64,000 bases of DNA, taken from a virus. The DNA is taken from positions 44,001 through 108,000 of IMG/VR virus record IMGVR_UViG_3300047160_010630; one strand, given 5' to 3'. Shown here piece after piece: positions 44,892 to 54,541 of the stretch (position 1 is the first letter of the stretch; the number at the start of each line of letters is the position of its first letter). A model generated the notes under the pieces. That model was not told where the DNA came from. It ran no database searches and saw only the letters and a program-made list of their open reading frames with translations. A program made the position numbers and the translations under genes.

Positions 44892-45545
44892 ATGGACAAC
44901 GACGACGACGCCCGCATGACCCCGCTGGAGCTGGCCGTCCACTGGGCCGAGGACGCCCAGGACGTCTGGGGCAACGAGGAAGGCCTGGAAGAGGACGTCC
45001 GCGTCGTGCAGCACGGCATGAGCGTGGACAACTCCCTCATGTGGTCCTCGATCGCCAGAGCCGCAGCGGCCTGCGGACGGGGCAGCGAGACCGTCGGACA
45101 GCTCCGGGGACCCGCACGGGTGTTCGCCTTCCACGGCACGGGGCTGGAGCAGCTGGACGCCCTGCCGGACAACGTCGTCTCCCTGCCGCTGACCCCCACC
45201 GGGCAGATCCCCAACTCCCGGCGCCTGCGCTGCCAGGCCCACCGGCTCCTGCTGCACGAGCACGGCGAGACGCAGAAGTTCCACCAGGGACGCTGGTTCC
45301 TGGACATGGCCGCCGGTGTCCAGCCGGTGGAGACCTACTACCACGTGCGCACGTCGAACGGTGCGATCGTCGGCTCCCTGGACCCCGCCGACTCGTCCCA
45401 GCGCGCCGAGCGGTACATCATCACCCCGGGCCAGCTGCGGTGCGCCGAGCACAACCGGCTGTTCTACCACCACGAGGAGCCGGAGGAGCCCCACGAGGGC
45501 GCCTGGCACCGCTACCCCACCGACACCGAGAAGGACTGCACATGA
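44892..45545 (+). CDS. TP..A..WA paralog family member 3, with an extra C-terminal domain
   Basis: MTPLELAVHWAEDAQ...NSLMWSSIA. Confidence 0.7.
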   Translation: MDNDDDARMTPLELAVHWAEDAQDVWGNEEGLEEDVRVVQHGMSVDNSLMWSSIARAAAACGRGSETVGQLRGPARVFAFHGTGLEQLDALPDNVVSLPLTPTGQIPNSRRLRCQAHRLLLHEHGETQKFHQGRWFLDMAAGVQPVETYYHVRTSNGAIVGSLDPADSSQRAERYIITPGQLRCAEHNRLFYHHEEPEEPHEGAWHRYPTDTEKDCT

Positions 45546-45665
45546 CCACCATGCACACCCCCAGCGAGCCGGACCCGGGCGGCGGACGCCCCCGCCCGCA
45601 CGAGACGCCGGTATCCACGCCCGGCAGTGCGCAGGCGTCGGAGCCGGGACAGTAGGATCTGATCC

Positions 45666-46043
45666 ATGGACAACGAATTCGCTGGCTGCGTCATCATCTC
45701 GTGGCCGAACAAGCAGGACGAGAGCGGCGTGCGGTACGCACCGTACTGGTCCGACGTGCGCTACTTCAAGCTGAACGGCCAGGAGATCACCTCCATCCGG
45801 CCGGACACGGTGAAGCTGTACAGCGCCGGGGGCGTCGGGATCCAGCTGGAGGCCGAGGTCGTCGCCGCCACGGACGAGGAGATCGCCCGCGCCTACCGGT
45901 ACCCCCAGACGTCGAACGACGTCCTGGTGGTGGTCAACCGCTACACCGTGACCGAGATGCTGATCGGCGAGGAACCGGGTCCACGCAACTACGTCCTCAT
46001 GACGGACGCGCCTTCTGTGGACACCGTGGCTGGGCCGCAGTAG
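45666..46043 (+). CDS. Hypothetical protein
   Basis: GC3-rich ORF; TAGGAT -10 just upstream (leaderless). Confidence 0.65.
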   Translation: MDNEFAGCVIISWPNKQDESGVRYAPYWSDVRYFKLNGQEITSIRPDTVKLYSAGGVGIQLEAEVVAATDEEIARAYRYPQTSNDVLVVVNRYTVTEMLIGEEPGPRNYVLMTDAPSVDTVAGPQ

Positions 46044-46136
46044 CATAGAACTCCGCAGTCGCCGGTCGCAGTTCGATGATGCATGCGACTGGCGGCTACG
46101 GGAATCGACCACACCAGGAAGAAGGAAGAAGAAAGC

Positions 46137-46619
46137 ATGAACGACAACGACATGACCCCGTTCCAGCGCGCCGTGCGCCTCGCGGACCAGGCGGAGCGCA
46201 AGCTCTCCGCCGACTCACCCGCCACGTCGATCGCGCGCGTCGCCGACACCTGGGCGAACATCGCCATGACCACCCGGGCCGCGCTCAACGGCCGCCTCAC
46301 CGTCGGCGAGATGCTGCCGCCGGAGCCGGAGAAGAGCGTGTCCCAGACGGCCGCCGAGGCGTTCGCCTACTACGCCGACGCGCCGGAGCGGATCACCCCG
46401 AAGGTGGACGAGGTGGCCGAGGTGGCCGACCGGCGCGCCCGCCAGGAAGGCAAGATCGTCATCAACGCGCCGTACCTGTCACCGACAGTCACCGAAAGCC
46501 TGGTGCGGTGCGTTCAGCACGGCCAGCGGCTCGCCCACCACCGTGGCCTCCCCGGCGGCGGCGTCAGGGTCCTCCACACCGGCGTGTGGAACCTGGACGT
46601 GACCGGCGGCGCGGAGTAG
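46137..46619 (+). CDS. TP..A..WA paralog family member 4
   Basis: MTPFQRAVRLADQAE...VADTWANIA. Confidence 0.65.
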   Translation: MNDNDMTPFQRAVRLADQAERKLSADSPATSIARVADTWANIAMTTRAALNGRLTVGEMLPPEPEKSVSQTAAEAFAYYADAPERITPKVDEVAEVADRRARQEGKIVINAPYLSPTVTESLVRCVQHGQRLAHHRGLPGGGVRVLHTGVWNLDVTGGAE

Positions 46620-46836
46620 CGTAAAGACTCCGGATCCGGGGTGCACGAGCTGTCCACCCCGAGGTCCGGGTCGTCGCAGTAGCAGGCTGACCGGTCTGGA
46701 GGAGGCCGGACGGGGCTGCTATGATCACCGGGCGACGACAAGAAGGGCGTGGACTCCCCGGTCCACGCCCTTCGTTTTCCCCTGTTTTGGCCGCAAGGGA
46801 TATGACACCGTGCATGAAAGGACGGGATCCAGCACT

Positions 46837-47748
46837 ATGTCATCTAATGAAAAGATAGCACACGAATCCGCAGGCCGTCCAGCGCACCTGGACCCGGCCT
46901 GGCGCTACGTGCCCCTCAACGAGGACCGCAAGCCGATCATGAAGGTGGAGGACGACCCCCGCTTCTGGGAGGGCGCCGAAGCGGACTGGGAGTCCTTCCA
47001 GGACTGGGTCGAGGCGGAGGGCACCATCGGCATCCTGCCGGAGAAGAGCGGCCTGGTGATCCTGGACTGCGACGCCCGCCGCGAGTTCGACGTGGACGGC
47101 AACAGCGCGAAGCTGGCCGTGCGCCACGGCATCGACGACCTGAAGCGCGTCGCGGCCGAGCACGGCGAGAACGTCGTGCCCACCTTCACCGTGAAGACGA
47201 AGTCCGGCGGCTTCCACCTGTACTACCGCCAGAACCCCCAGCTGCCGGTCACCTCGAAGGGGCACCGGGACGGCTGGAGGGTGGACGTGAAGGCCTCCAG
47301 GAACTCCTACGCGGTCTCCCCGCCCTCGGTGGGCTACACGGTCGTGCGCGACCTGGAAGCGGCCGTGCTGCCCCTGTGGCTGGCCTCCTGGATCTGCACG
47401 GTCAACCAGTCCACCCTGCCCACCGGCGGCGCGCGGATGGCCGAGCGCATGGAGCGGGCCAGGCACGCCAAGATCGACGTCCTGGCCCACGGCTCCGGGT
47501 CGTCCATGTTCGAGATGTGGTGCCTGGCCCTGCTCGGCGTGGTGGAGGACGCCGCCCGGCACGGCGGCTGGAACAACGCGATCTACACCACGGCCCGGGA
47601 GTTCTTCGACGTCGGCATCGACGAGGAGCACGTCCTGGACATGATCATGCACGCCACCCCGCCCTGGGACGACAAGGGTGCCGACATGATCGCCCGCACG
47701 GTATCCTCGGCGTGGCGCGGCCATCTGGACAAGACCGGCCGGGACTGA
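46837..47748 (+). CDS. Bifunctional DNA primase/polymerase (prim-pol) domain protein
   Basis: IGILPEKSGLVILDCD, VKTKSGGFHLYY, VDVKA..SYAVSPPS. Confidence 0.88.
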   Translation: MSSNEKIAHESAGRPAHLDPAWRYVPLNEDRKPIMKVEDDPRFWEGAEADWESFQDWVEAEGTIGILPEKSGLVILDCDARREFDVDGNSAKLAVRHGIDDLKRVAAEHGENVVPTFTVKTKSGGFHLYYRQNPQLPVTSKGHRDGWRVDVKASRNSYAVSPPSVGYTVVRDLEAAVLPLWLASWICTVNQSTLPTGGARMAERMERARHAKIDVLAHGSGSSMFEMWCLALLGVVEDAARHGGWNNAIYTTAREFFDVGIDEEHVLDMIMHATPPWDDKGADMIARTVSSAWRGHLDKTGRD

Positions 47749-47779
47749 ACAAGGAACGCACACGAACGAGAGGAACGCG

Positions 47780-49261
47780 GTGGACTTCACCCCCAGCCCC
47801 GACCAGCAGCAGGCCATCGACAGGATCGTGAACTGGTTCCTCACCTGCCGACGGGACGTGGAGTACTGCACCGGCGCAGCGGACACGGACAGTGACCGGA
47901 AGTGCCCCCAGGTCCCGCACACCCACGTCGATGCGGGCCTGGGACCCGGGCCGGTCATCTCGCTGGGCGGGTACGCCGGGACCGGCAAGACCTCCGTGCT
48001 CGGGCACCTGGGCATGCTGCTGGTCGACAAGGGCGTCAAGCTCGTGTTCGCCACCCCCACCAACAAGGCCGCCGGAGTCCTGCGCAGGAAGCTCCCCGAG
48101 GAGCTGAAGCCGCTCGTCTCCACCACCTACGCCCTGAGCTACATCCCCGACCCGAAAGACAAGTGCAAGCAGAGCGGGTACTTCGTCGACGAAGTGTCCA
48201 CCGAGTGCACCTGCGGAGAAGTCGCCCAGGACTGCACCTGCCCCAGGCTGTTCACCCCGTGCGGCCAGCACGACGGCACGTGCACGGTCGTGGAGCACCT
48301 GGAGTGGATCAAGCGCGACACCGTGCGCGGGCACGCCGAGCTGATCGTCGTGGACGAGGCCTCCATGCTCTCCCAGGAGCAGGTCGAAGACCTGCTGGAC
48401 TTCGGCCTGCCCGTGCTCGTGACCGGCGACCACGGCCAGCTCCCGCCGGTCATGGCGCAGATGAACCAGTGGATCGCCAGGCCCGACATTGTTCTTGTGG
48501 AGAACCACCGCCAGAAGCAGGACACCTCCGGCATCGTCGACCTGGCGCTGTGGGCCCGCGAAGGATTCCAGCTGCGCAAAGGCGTCTGGGGGGACGGGCG
48601 CACGGTCGTCATGGGAAAGGACGACCCGCGAGGAGGCCAGCTGCTGGACCCGGAGCGGTTCCGCGCACGCGGCCCGGAGGCCACCTGGCCGCAGATCATC
48701 TGCGCGCTGAACGCGGACCGGGCGGGCATCAACAGGATCTTCCACGGCCCCGGCCCCGTCCGCGCCGGGGACAAGGTCACCGCCCTGCGCAAGTGCGTCG
48801 TGCCGGTCGTGGAGCGGTTCGACCCGGAAGGACGGCCGGTGCCCCGCATGCGCAGCGTGCAGGTGGTGGAGGCGGACGGCTCGGTCGGGGTGTCGGGGGA
48901 GCTGGAGGCCGTCAAGCGCACCGTCCACAACGGGGCGAGCGGCATCGTGCTGAAGGCCTGGGAGCCCAAGGGCGGCCTCGTGCGGATCGTCGTGGCGCTG
49001 GACGACGGGCCGATGGTGGAGGTGTCCGGCTGCGAGGAGAAGCAGTTCGGACACGAACGGACCCTGGGCAAGAACGAGGTCGTCTCGCGGGAGAGTCGGC
49101 TGTGGGACTACGCGTACGCGGTGACCTGCCACCGGGCCCAGGGATCCGAGTGGGACGAGGTCATTGTCATGGACAACGCCGGTGCGGACAGGGAGCGGTG
49201 GCGCTACACCGCCATCACCCGCGCCAAGCAGAAGCTGATCGTGATCTCCATGAGAGAGTGA
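47780..49261 (+). CDS. RecD/Dda-like SF1B helicase with Cys-rich insertions
   Basis: GGYAGTGKT, TPTNKAA, VDEASM, GDHGQLPP, YAVTCHRAQGSEW, YTAITRA. Confidence 0.92.
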   Translation: MDFTPSPDQQQAIDRIVNWFLTCRRDVEYCTGAADTDSDRKCPQVPHTHVDAGLGPGPVISLGGYAGTGKTSVLGHLGMLLVDKGVKLVFATPTNKAAGVLRRKLPEELKPLVSTTYALSYIPDPKDKCKQSGYFVDEVSTECTCGEVAQDCTCPRLFTPCGQHDGTCTVVEHLEWIKRDTVRGHAELIVVDEASMLSQEQVEDLLDFGLPVLVTGDHGQLPPVMAQMNQWIARPDIVLVENHRQKQDTSGIVDLALWAREGFQLRKGVWGDGRTVVMGKDDPRGGQLLDPERFRARGPEATWPQIICALNADRAGINRIFHGPGPVRAGDKVTALRKCVVPVVERFDPEGRPVPRMRSVQVVEADGSVGVSGELEAVKRTVHNGASGIVLKAWEPKGGLVRIVVALDDGPMVEVSGCEEKQFGHERTLGKNEVVSRESRLWDYAYAVTCHRAQGSEWDEVIVMDNAGADRERWRYTAITRAKQKLIVISMRE

Positions 49262-49314
49262 TCGTCCGCAGGTTGCGCGAAGTCCCGTGAACGAACGACC
49301 GGAAAGGCCGTGCC

Positions 49315-51300
49315 TTGGCCCACGACGCCGACGACACCCCGCCCGCCGACGACCGGGAGGAGGGCCCTGCGCCCGACGTCCTGGCCGCCATCCACCGCAC
49401 CAGGGACGGGCTGCTGGCCGCCGAGGAGAAGAAGAAGGCGGACGGCACCTGGACCCTGGAGGACATGCTCAAGGTCGCGGACGCCCTGGGCAAACTGGAG
49501 CGCGCCGAGCAGTACCACACCGCCCGGCTGGCCGACGAGGAGGTACTGCGCAGGCTCACCGGCGGCCAGGACGGCTACCGGCTGCCGGAGAACACCAGCG
49601 CCAGCAAGCAGTCCAGCTACAGGCTCACCGACGAGGGCGTCGTCCATTCGTACACGAAGGGAACGGGGAAGGCGACGGTCCTGGAGGAGGAGGTCATCGC
49701 GTTCCGGCCGTTCGTACCGGTGGAGCGGCTCAAAGACGACCAGGGACGCCACCAGTACCGCATCGCCTGGCTGGACACGGCGGGCGAGGTGCAGGAGCTG
49801 GTCATGACGGCGGAGGAGACGGCCAGCCGCACCCTGTTCACCCGGGCCTTCCCCGACCACGTCGTGACGTCGGTCCACGTCATGGCCTGTGTCGAGTACA
49901 TGTCACAGTGCTTGCGGTACAACCAGCAGTGGCTCCAGGACCGGGTGAAGGTCGCCGCCACCCAGCTCGGCTGGTCGGCCCAGCTGGCGGACGGGGAGAT
50001 GGACGTGGAGCAGTTCACCTCCGGCCCCGGACGCCCACGGCACGTCCAGGACGTCAAGAACACCGGCGCATGGCTGGAGGGGCACTGCTCGCGGGGGAGG
50101 ATCGAGGAGTGGAAGGAGGCCGTGGCCGACTGCGCGGACCGGCCGGTCATCCTTGCGGCACTGTCCGCCGCGTTCGCCGCACCGCTGCTGCGGGTCGTGG
50201 GGGCGGCCAACGTCGTCGTGGACGTCTCCGGCACCACCTCGGTCGGCAAGACGGTCCTGCTCGGCCTGTGCACGTCCGTGTGGGCGGACCCTGGGCGGTC
50301 GATGCTCTCGTGGGAGAACACCAGGGTCGCCATGGAGCACTACATGTCCATGCTCAGAGGGATGCCCCTGTTCGTGGACGAGACCCAGCTGGCGGACCCC
50401 AAGATCCTGGAGGAGCTGGTCTACGGCATCACCCAGGGCAAGAGCCGGGGCAGGTCGACCCAGGACGGCACGGGGATGATCGACGGCCAGCAGTGGGAGA
50501 CGGTACTGGTCACCACCGGCGAGCAGCCGATCACCTCCATGACCACCAAAGGCGGCCTGAGCCCGCGCATCGTCCCGCTCACCGGCGCGCCGTGCCGCGA
50601 CCGCGCCCATGCGGAGCGGGTCAGAAGGGTCTCCAGGCGGTCGTACGGGCGCGCCGGTGAGGTATTCCTCCAGGAGGTCGCCCGCCTGGGGGACGAGGCC
50701 CTCCAGGTGCGGTACGAGGAGTTGAAGGAGGCACTGGCGGGGCAGGTCCAGAGCTCGGTGGCGCAGCGCCGGGCGGAGTCGGTGGCGGTGCTGGCCCTGG
50801 CCAACGAGGTGGCGGCCGGGGCCGGGCTGATGCCGCTGGCGCCGCCGCAGGTGTGGGTGTGGGCGGCCAGCGGGGCGGACTCGTCCGTCGAGGGGGACGA
50901 GGACGACCGCCCGCGCGGGGCGCTGCGGGCGGTGATGTCCTGGGCCCAGGTCAACGGCCACCGGTTCTACGGGCACGAGGACGCGATGAGCGTCCCGCCC
51001 GCCTCCGGCTGGGCCGGGCGGTGGGACACGGACGAGTTCGTGGCCTTCCACCCGGAGACCCTGCGCAAGCTGCTGGCGGACCTGGGGTACGAGCACGGGA
51101 ACATCCTCCCGGCCTGGCGGGAGCGGGGGTGGCTCCAGCACAAGCCGGACAAGTACACCTTCACGGTGCGCGTCGGCGGGAAGCCGGGCCTGTTCATCAA
51201 GATCATCCACATGGAGGACGTCGTGGACCCGGGGAGTGCGGAGGGCGGGGAAGAGGCGGCGGACCCTCGGATGGCATGGGTCCGGAGCCTGACGAGGTGA
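49315..51300 (+). CDS. DUF927-family replicative helicase/NTPase
   Basis: QLGW, AAFAAPLL, GTTSVGKT, PLFVDE, GKSRGRS, TTGEQPI, YGRAG. Confidence 0.85.
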   Translation: MAHDADDTPPADDREEGPAPDVLAAIHRTRDGLLAAEEKKKADGTWTLEDMLKVADALGKLERAEQYHTARLADEEVLRRLTGGQDGYRLPENTSASKQSSYRLTDEGVVHSYTKGTGKATVLEEEVIAFRPFVPVERLKDDQGRHQYRIAWLDTAGEVQELVMTAEETASRTLFTRAFPDHVVTSVHVMACVEYMSQCLRYNQQWLQDRVKVAATQLGWSAQLADGEMDVEQFTSGPGRPRHVQDVKNTGAWLEGHCSRGRIEEWKEAVADCADRPVILAALSAAFAAPLLRVVGAANVVVDVSGTTSVGKTVLLGLCTSVWADPGRSMLSWENTRVAMEHYMSMLRGMPLFVDETQLADPKILEELVYGITQGKSRGRSTQDGTGMIDGQQWETVLVTTGEQPITSMTTKGGLSPRIVPLTGAPCRDRAHAERVRRVSRRSYGRAGEVFLQEVARLGDEALQVRYEELKEALAGQVQSSVAQRRAESVAVLALANEVAAGAGLMPLAPPQVWVWAASGADSSVEGDEDDRPRGALRAVMSWAQVNGHRFYGHEDAMSVPPASGWAGRWDTDEFVAFHPETLRKLLADLGYEHGNILPAWRERGWLQHKPDKYTFTVRVGGKPGLFIKIIHMEDVVDPGSAEGGEEAADPRMAWVRSLTR

Positions 51301-51318
51301 CTCGATGTAGTGGTGGTG

Positions 51319-51352
51319 AAAGGCGGTCCGCTGAGGAAGCGGACCGCTTTTT
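51319..51352 (+). terminator. Intrinsic terminator
   Basis: AAAGGCGGTCCGCT-GAGGA-AGCGGACCGCTTTTT. Confidence 0.75.
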
Positions 51353-51559
51353 GTCGTGTGGACCGGGGGTACGGGGGGTTCTGGGGTCCACGTATACCGG
51401 GGTCGTGGGCCTGGTGTGGGCCGCACTGACCTGCGAGTATGCCGTGTGTGCCGGATTTTGGGGGGCAGAGAAGATATAGAGAGGTAAAACGTGAGACACG
51501 AGTACATGTCATGTTTTCACGTTACACAGAGTGACGTACACGAACACACGAGAACACTC

Positions 51560-51720
51560 ACTACTACTACTACTACTACTAGATATCTCTATATATAAGG
51601 GTTACAAGGGTTACAAGGGTTACAGTAAAGGTCAGAGAGATGAGAGAAGGGTAGATGGGGGTAGACGGAGGGGTAGACGAGAGGGGTACATGGAGAGGGA
51701 GAGGGAGAGGGAGAGGGAGG
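51560..51720 (+). repeat. Low-complexity repeat cluster: (CTA)7, (AAGGGTTAC)3, (GGGTAGAY)3, (GAGAGG)4
   Basis: Directly visible tandem repeats in a non-coding region. Confidence 0.85.
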
Positions 51721-52153
51721 AGAAAAAGCCGTAGAAGGCGGTGTGAGGCTGTGGGAGAGGGTGGACGGTAGTCTGGGGCCAGGAGGCGGTGAGAGGCCGC
51801 TGACGGTGCCTTGGAGGGCCGTGTGTACACATCTGGGCTCCCGACGGCGGGAGTGAGGATCAGGATGGACGGACCGGAGCGGGAGGAGCCGGTGGGCGAG
51901 GAGAGCCGACCGGTGCCCCCGGACGGCGCGACCATGGGACCGCTCGTGGGAGGATGTCTGTGCGGAAAGCACACCAAGCCGGGCGAGGAGAACCGGTGAC
52001 GATCTGGTGGTGGCCGGGGAAACGGTGGTGGCTGGCCAAGGAGACCGTCTACCGGACACCCGCCCCGCTCAGGTTCGAGATGTTCGCGGACGGACCGGCA
52101 CAGGCAGTGGACGACATCCCGGAAACCTTTCGGGGAGAGGGCAAGGAGAGCCG

Positions 52154-53107
52154 ATGACCGACGGCGAGAGAGTGACGCTGGACGACGTGGAGGTGGCACT
52201 CTGGAGGGGCATGGGCCTCAAGGAGACCGAGACCGTCGACCGGGTGCTGAAGATCGTGGCGGACTACGCCGAAGGCCTGGCCGCGAAGGTCCGCAGCGAC
52301 ATGGAGGCCGTGCACGCCCTGGAGAAGGCGCGCGAGGGCGGGCAGGCCGTGCCGTACAGCACCGGGATCGCCCTGCCGAACCGGCTCCCGGCGGCCACCG
52401 AGCAGCAGGGGGCCCTGGTCTGCGCAGGGCTGCCCAAGGACACGGTGTTCGGGCCGGTGACGCCGGACACGTTCCTGCCCCGGCCCGGCGAGGAGTTCCT
52501 GCGGCAGGCGCAGCACGGGCCGGTCTGCCCGACCCTGCCGATGCCGGTACCGGTGGATGCGCCCCGGCAGTACCCGTACCCGGTGGGCGGCGTGGAGTGG
52601 CCGGTCGGCGTGGCGGAGGATGCGGCGTACACCACCGACGGCGCGAAGGAGTGGCCGCACTGCCTGGTGGACGAGGAGGAGTCCGGGACCAGCGGGCCGG
52701 TGGAGGTGGAGGGCCCCGGACATGCGGGAGGGACCCCGCGCAATGCCGGGGGGGCCCCCGCCCTTAATGCGGGGGGGACCCCTGTTTGTTTTTCCCGGGA
52801 AGAAAGTCCCCTCCAGGAGCCCGAGGACGCGGTCGCGGACGGTGCGGAGCCGGTGAAGGACGGGTACTGGGGGAAGAGGCCCGAGGACGAGGAGCTGGCC
52901 AAGGCGGCGTTCGACATGATGCTCGCCCGGGTCGTGGACGAGCAGTCCACGCAGGTCCAGCAGCTCAAGTGCTCCCGCTGCGAGAAGGTGAAGGCGGTCG
53001 AGGAGTTCGCCGTCGACCGGTCGCGTCCCCGGGGCAGAAGGTGGCGGTGCCGGGCGTGCGAGTCGGCGGGACGCAAGCCGCGCGGCGGGAAGGTGACGGA
53101 GAGTTGA
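52154..53107 (+). CDS. Hypothetical protein with a C-terminal Zn finger
   Basis: AAGGAG RBS; KCSRCEKVK..EEF......RGRRWRCRAC. Confidence 0.7.
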   Translation: MTDGERVTLDDVEVALWRGMGLKETETVDRVLKIVADYAEGLAAKVRSDMEAVHALEKAREGGQAVPYSTGIALPNRLPAATEQQGALVCAGLPKDTVFGPVTPDTFLPRPGEEFLRQAQHGPVCPTLPMPVPVDAPRQYPYPVGGVEWPVGVAEDAAYTTDGAKEWPHCLVDEEESGTSGPVEVEGPGHAGGTPRNAGGAPALNAGGTPVCFSREESPLQEPEDAVADGAEPVKDGYWGKRPEDEELAKAAFDMMLARVVDEQSTQVQQLKCSRCEKVKAVEEFAVDRSRPRGRRWRCRACESAGRKPRGGKVTES

Positions 53108-53646
53108 ATCGTTAGGAAAGGAAACTTACTTCCACAGGCTGTGGACGGACCTGTGGGTTATACGTATAATCGAGGTGTTCTCGCAGGTCAAGGGGATGAG
53201 AGTCCCCTGGGCCGAAGAGAATTCTGAGGGTAAAATTTTATCGGGAAAAAATTTTTGGCGAAGCTTCGTCACGTAGCATTGGCGGGATCCCGCCACGCAC
53301 GGGCGGGCAGGCGGACGCGCAGGCCGGCCGGTTCGGATACGAACCTTGGTACGAATCGGGTACGAACAGTTCGGAGACGATTGTTCGTGGACAACTCAAT
53401 AGTGGACAAAGCGGACATAGAGGATCCTTCCTGGATCAAGAGGGCAAACGGGCCGAGAGGGCAAACCGGACATCCTGGGGCATGGCAGGCGTGATGAAGC
53501 TGTGATGAAGCCTGCCAGCGGGGAAGTCGGACGGAAGTAAACGCCAAAAGCCCAGGTCAGAGGCTATAGACACGCATCCGCCGGTGGTGCTTTACTGGAC
53601 CCCTCGCCAAGCGGCGGGACAGGAACCAGGAAGCGAGGGACACGCG

Positions 53647-54120
53647 ATGAACGCGATCACGTGCAACCACAGCACCCGCACCGGGGGCGAGAAGTGCGGC
53701 AAGGACGCCACCCACCTGCGTACGCTGGTGTCGGGCAAGCGACAGGGCCGCTGCGCGGAGCACGTCCCGACCGTGGCGGACGCGCTCGGGGCGTACCTGC
53801 CGGTCCGGGTCAAGGGGGCCGCGCTCGCGACGAAGGTCACGGAGGAGACCGTGACGCTGAGCACCGGCGAGGTGATCACCACCCCCAAGGGCATGGAGCC
53901 CCTGCGGGCCGGAGAGCTCGCGGTCATCGGCGAGGCACCGCACCCCCGCCGGGGTGGCAACTTCTCCGGCATGATGCTCCAACGACAGAAGGTGATCATC
54001 AGCATCGCCCGGACGCGCGGGATCACCGTGGCCGACGTGAAGGAGCTGATCCGGCAGGCGCAGGGGACCGAGCGCACCGCGCGGGACTACAGCGGCCTCC
54101 GGTCGCGGCTGAGCCTGTGA
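53647..54120 (+). CDS. Hypothetical protein (first gene of the early-type block)
   Basis: AGGAACCAGGAAG leader. Confidence 0.65.
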   Translation: MNAITCNHSTRTGGEKCGKDATHLRTLVSGKRQGRCAEHVPTVADALGAYLPVRVKGAALATKVTEETVTLSTGEVITTPKGMEPLRAGELAVIGEAPHPRRGGNFSGMMLQRQKVIISIARTRGITVADVKELIRQAQGTERTARDYSGLRSRLSL

Positions 54121-54362
54121 CCGGCCGGGCCGTGATCCTGTACGAGGGGGAGCGGCTCACCGGCACCGTGCTGCCGGACGGCACGGCCGTGGTGGACGCG
54201 GACGGCGGAATATGGGCGGGCGCGAGGCTCTGCAAGGGGTCATACGCCGTCGAACTCCCGCCGGTCGGGCCCGGACCCCGGGAGCTGTACCGTCGGGCCG
54301 CAGAGCGGCGCACAGCGCTTCGCAGCACGATCGCGGGGAAGTACCGTGGCCCGGCCGTGTGA
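54117..54362 (+). CDS. Hypothetical protein
   Basis: GTGA overlap. Confidence 0.5.
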   Translation: MTGRAVILYEGERLTGTVLPDGTAVVDADGGIWAGARLCKGSYAVELPPVGPGPRELYRRAAERRTALRSTIAGKYRGPAV

Positions 54363-54541
54363 GAACGTGCGAGGATGCACGAGGGAAGCGACCAACGCCG
54401 TACCCATGTTCATGGGTACGATATGGATGTGCGCACGCTGCTCGCTGGAACACGGAATCGCGCCGGTGGAAAAGCCGGTCGAAAACCCGTACATTCACCT
54501 CACGCTCAACGACGTGTGGGGCGAGGAAAAGGAAACAGGAA

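Noticed and set aside
4432-51507. Many long antisense or alternate-frame ORFs in the track (for example 9010-10797 -, 24132-26018 +, 30107-32101 -)
   Set aside because: They are shadow ORFs expected from high GC3 codon bias, with no RBS or motifs.
51597-51625. Telomere-like TTAGGG repeats
   Set aside because: The unit is AAGGGTTAC, with three internal copies only; iterons are more plausible.
51531-51734. ORF with poly-Leu and (ER)n
   Set aside because: It is a translation of the DNA repeats, with no RBS or coding-type codon usage.
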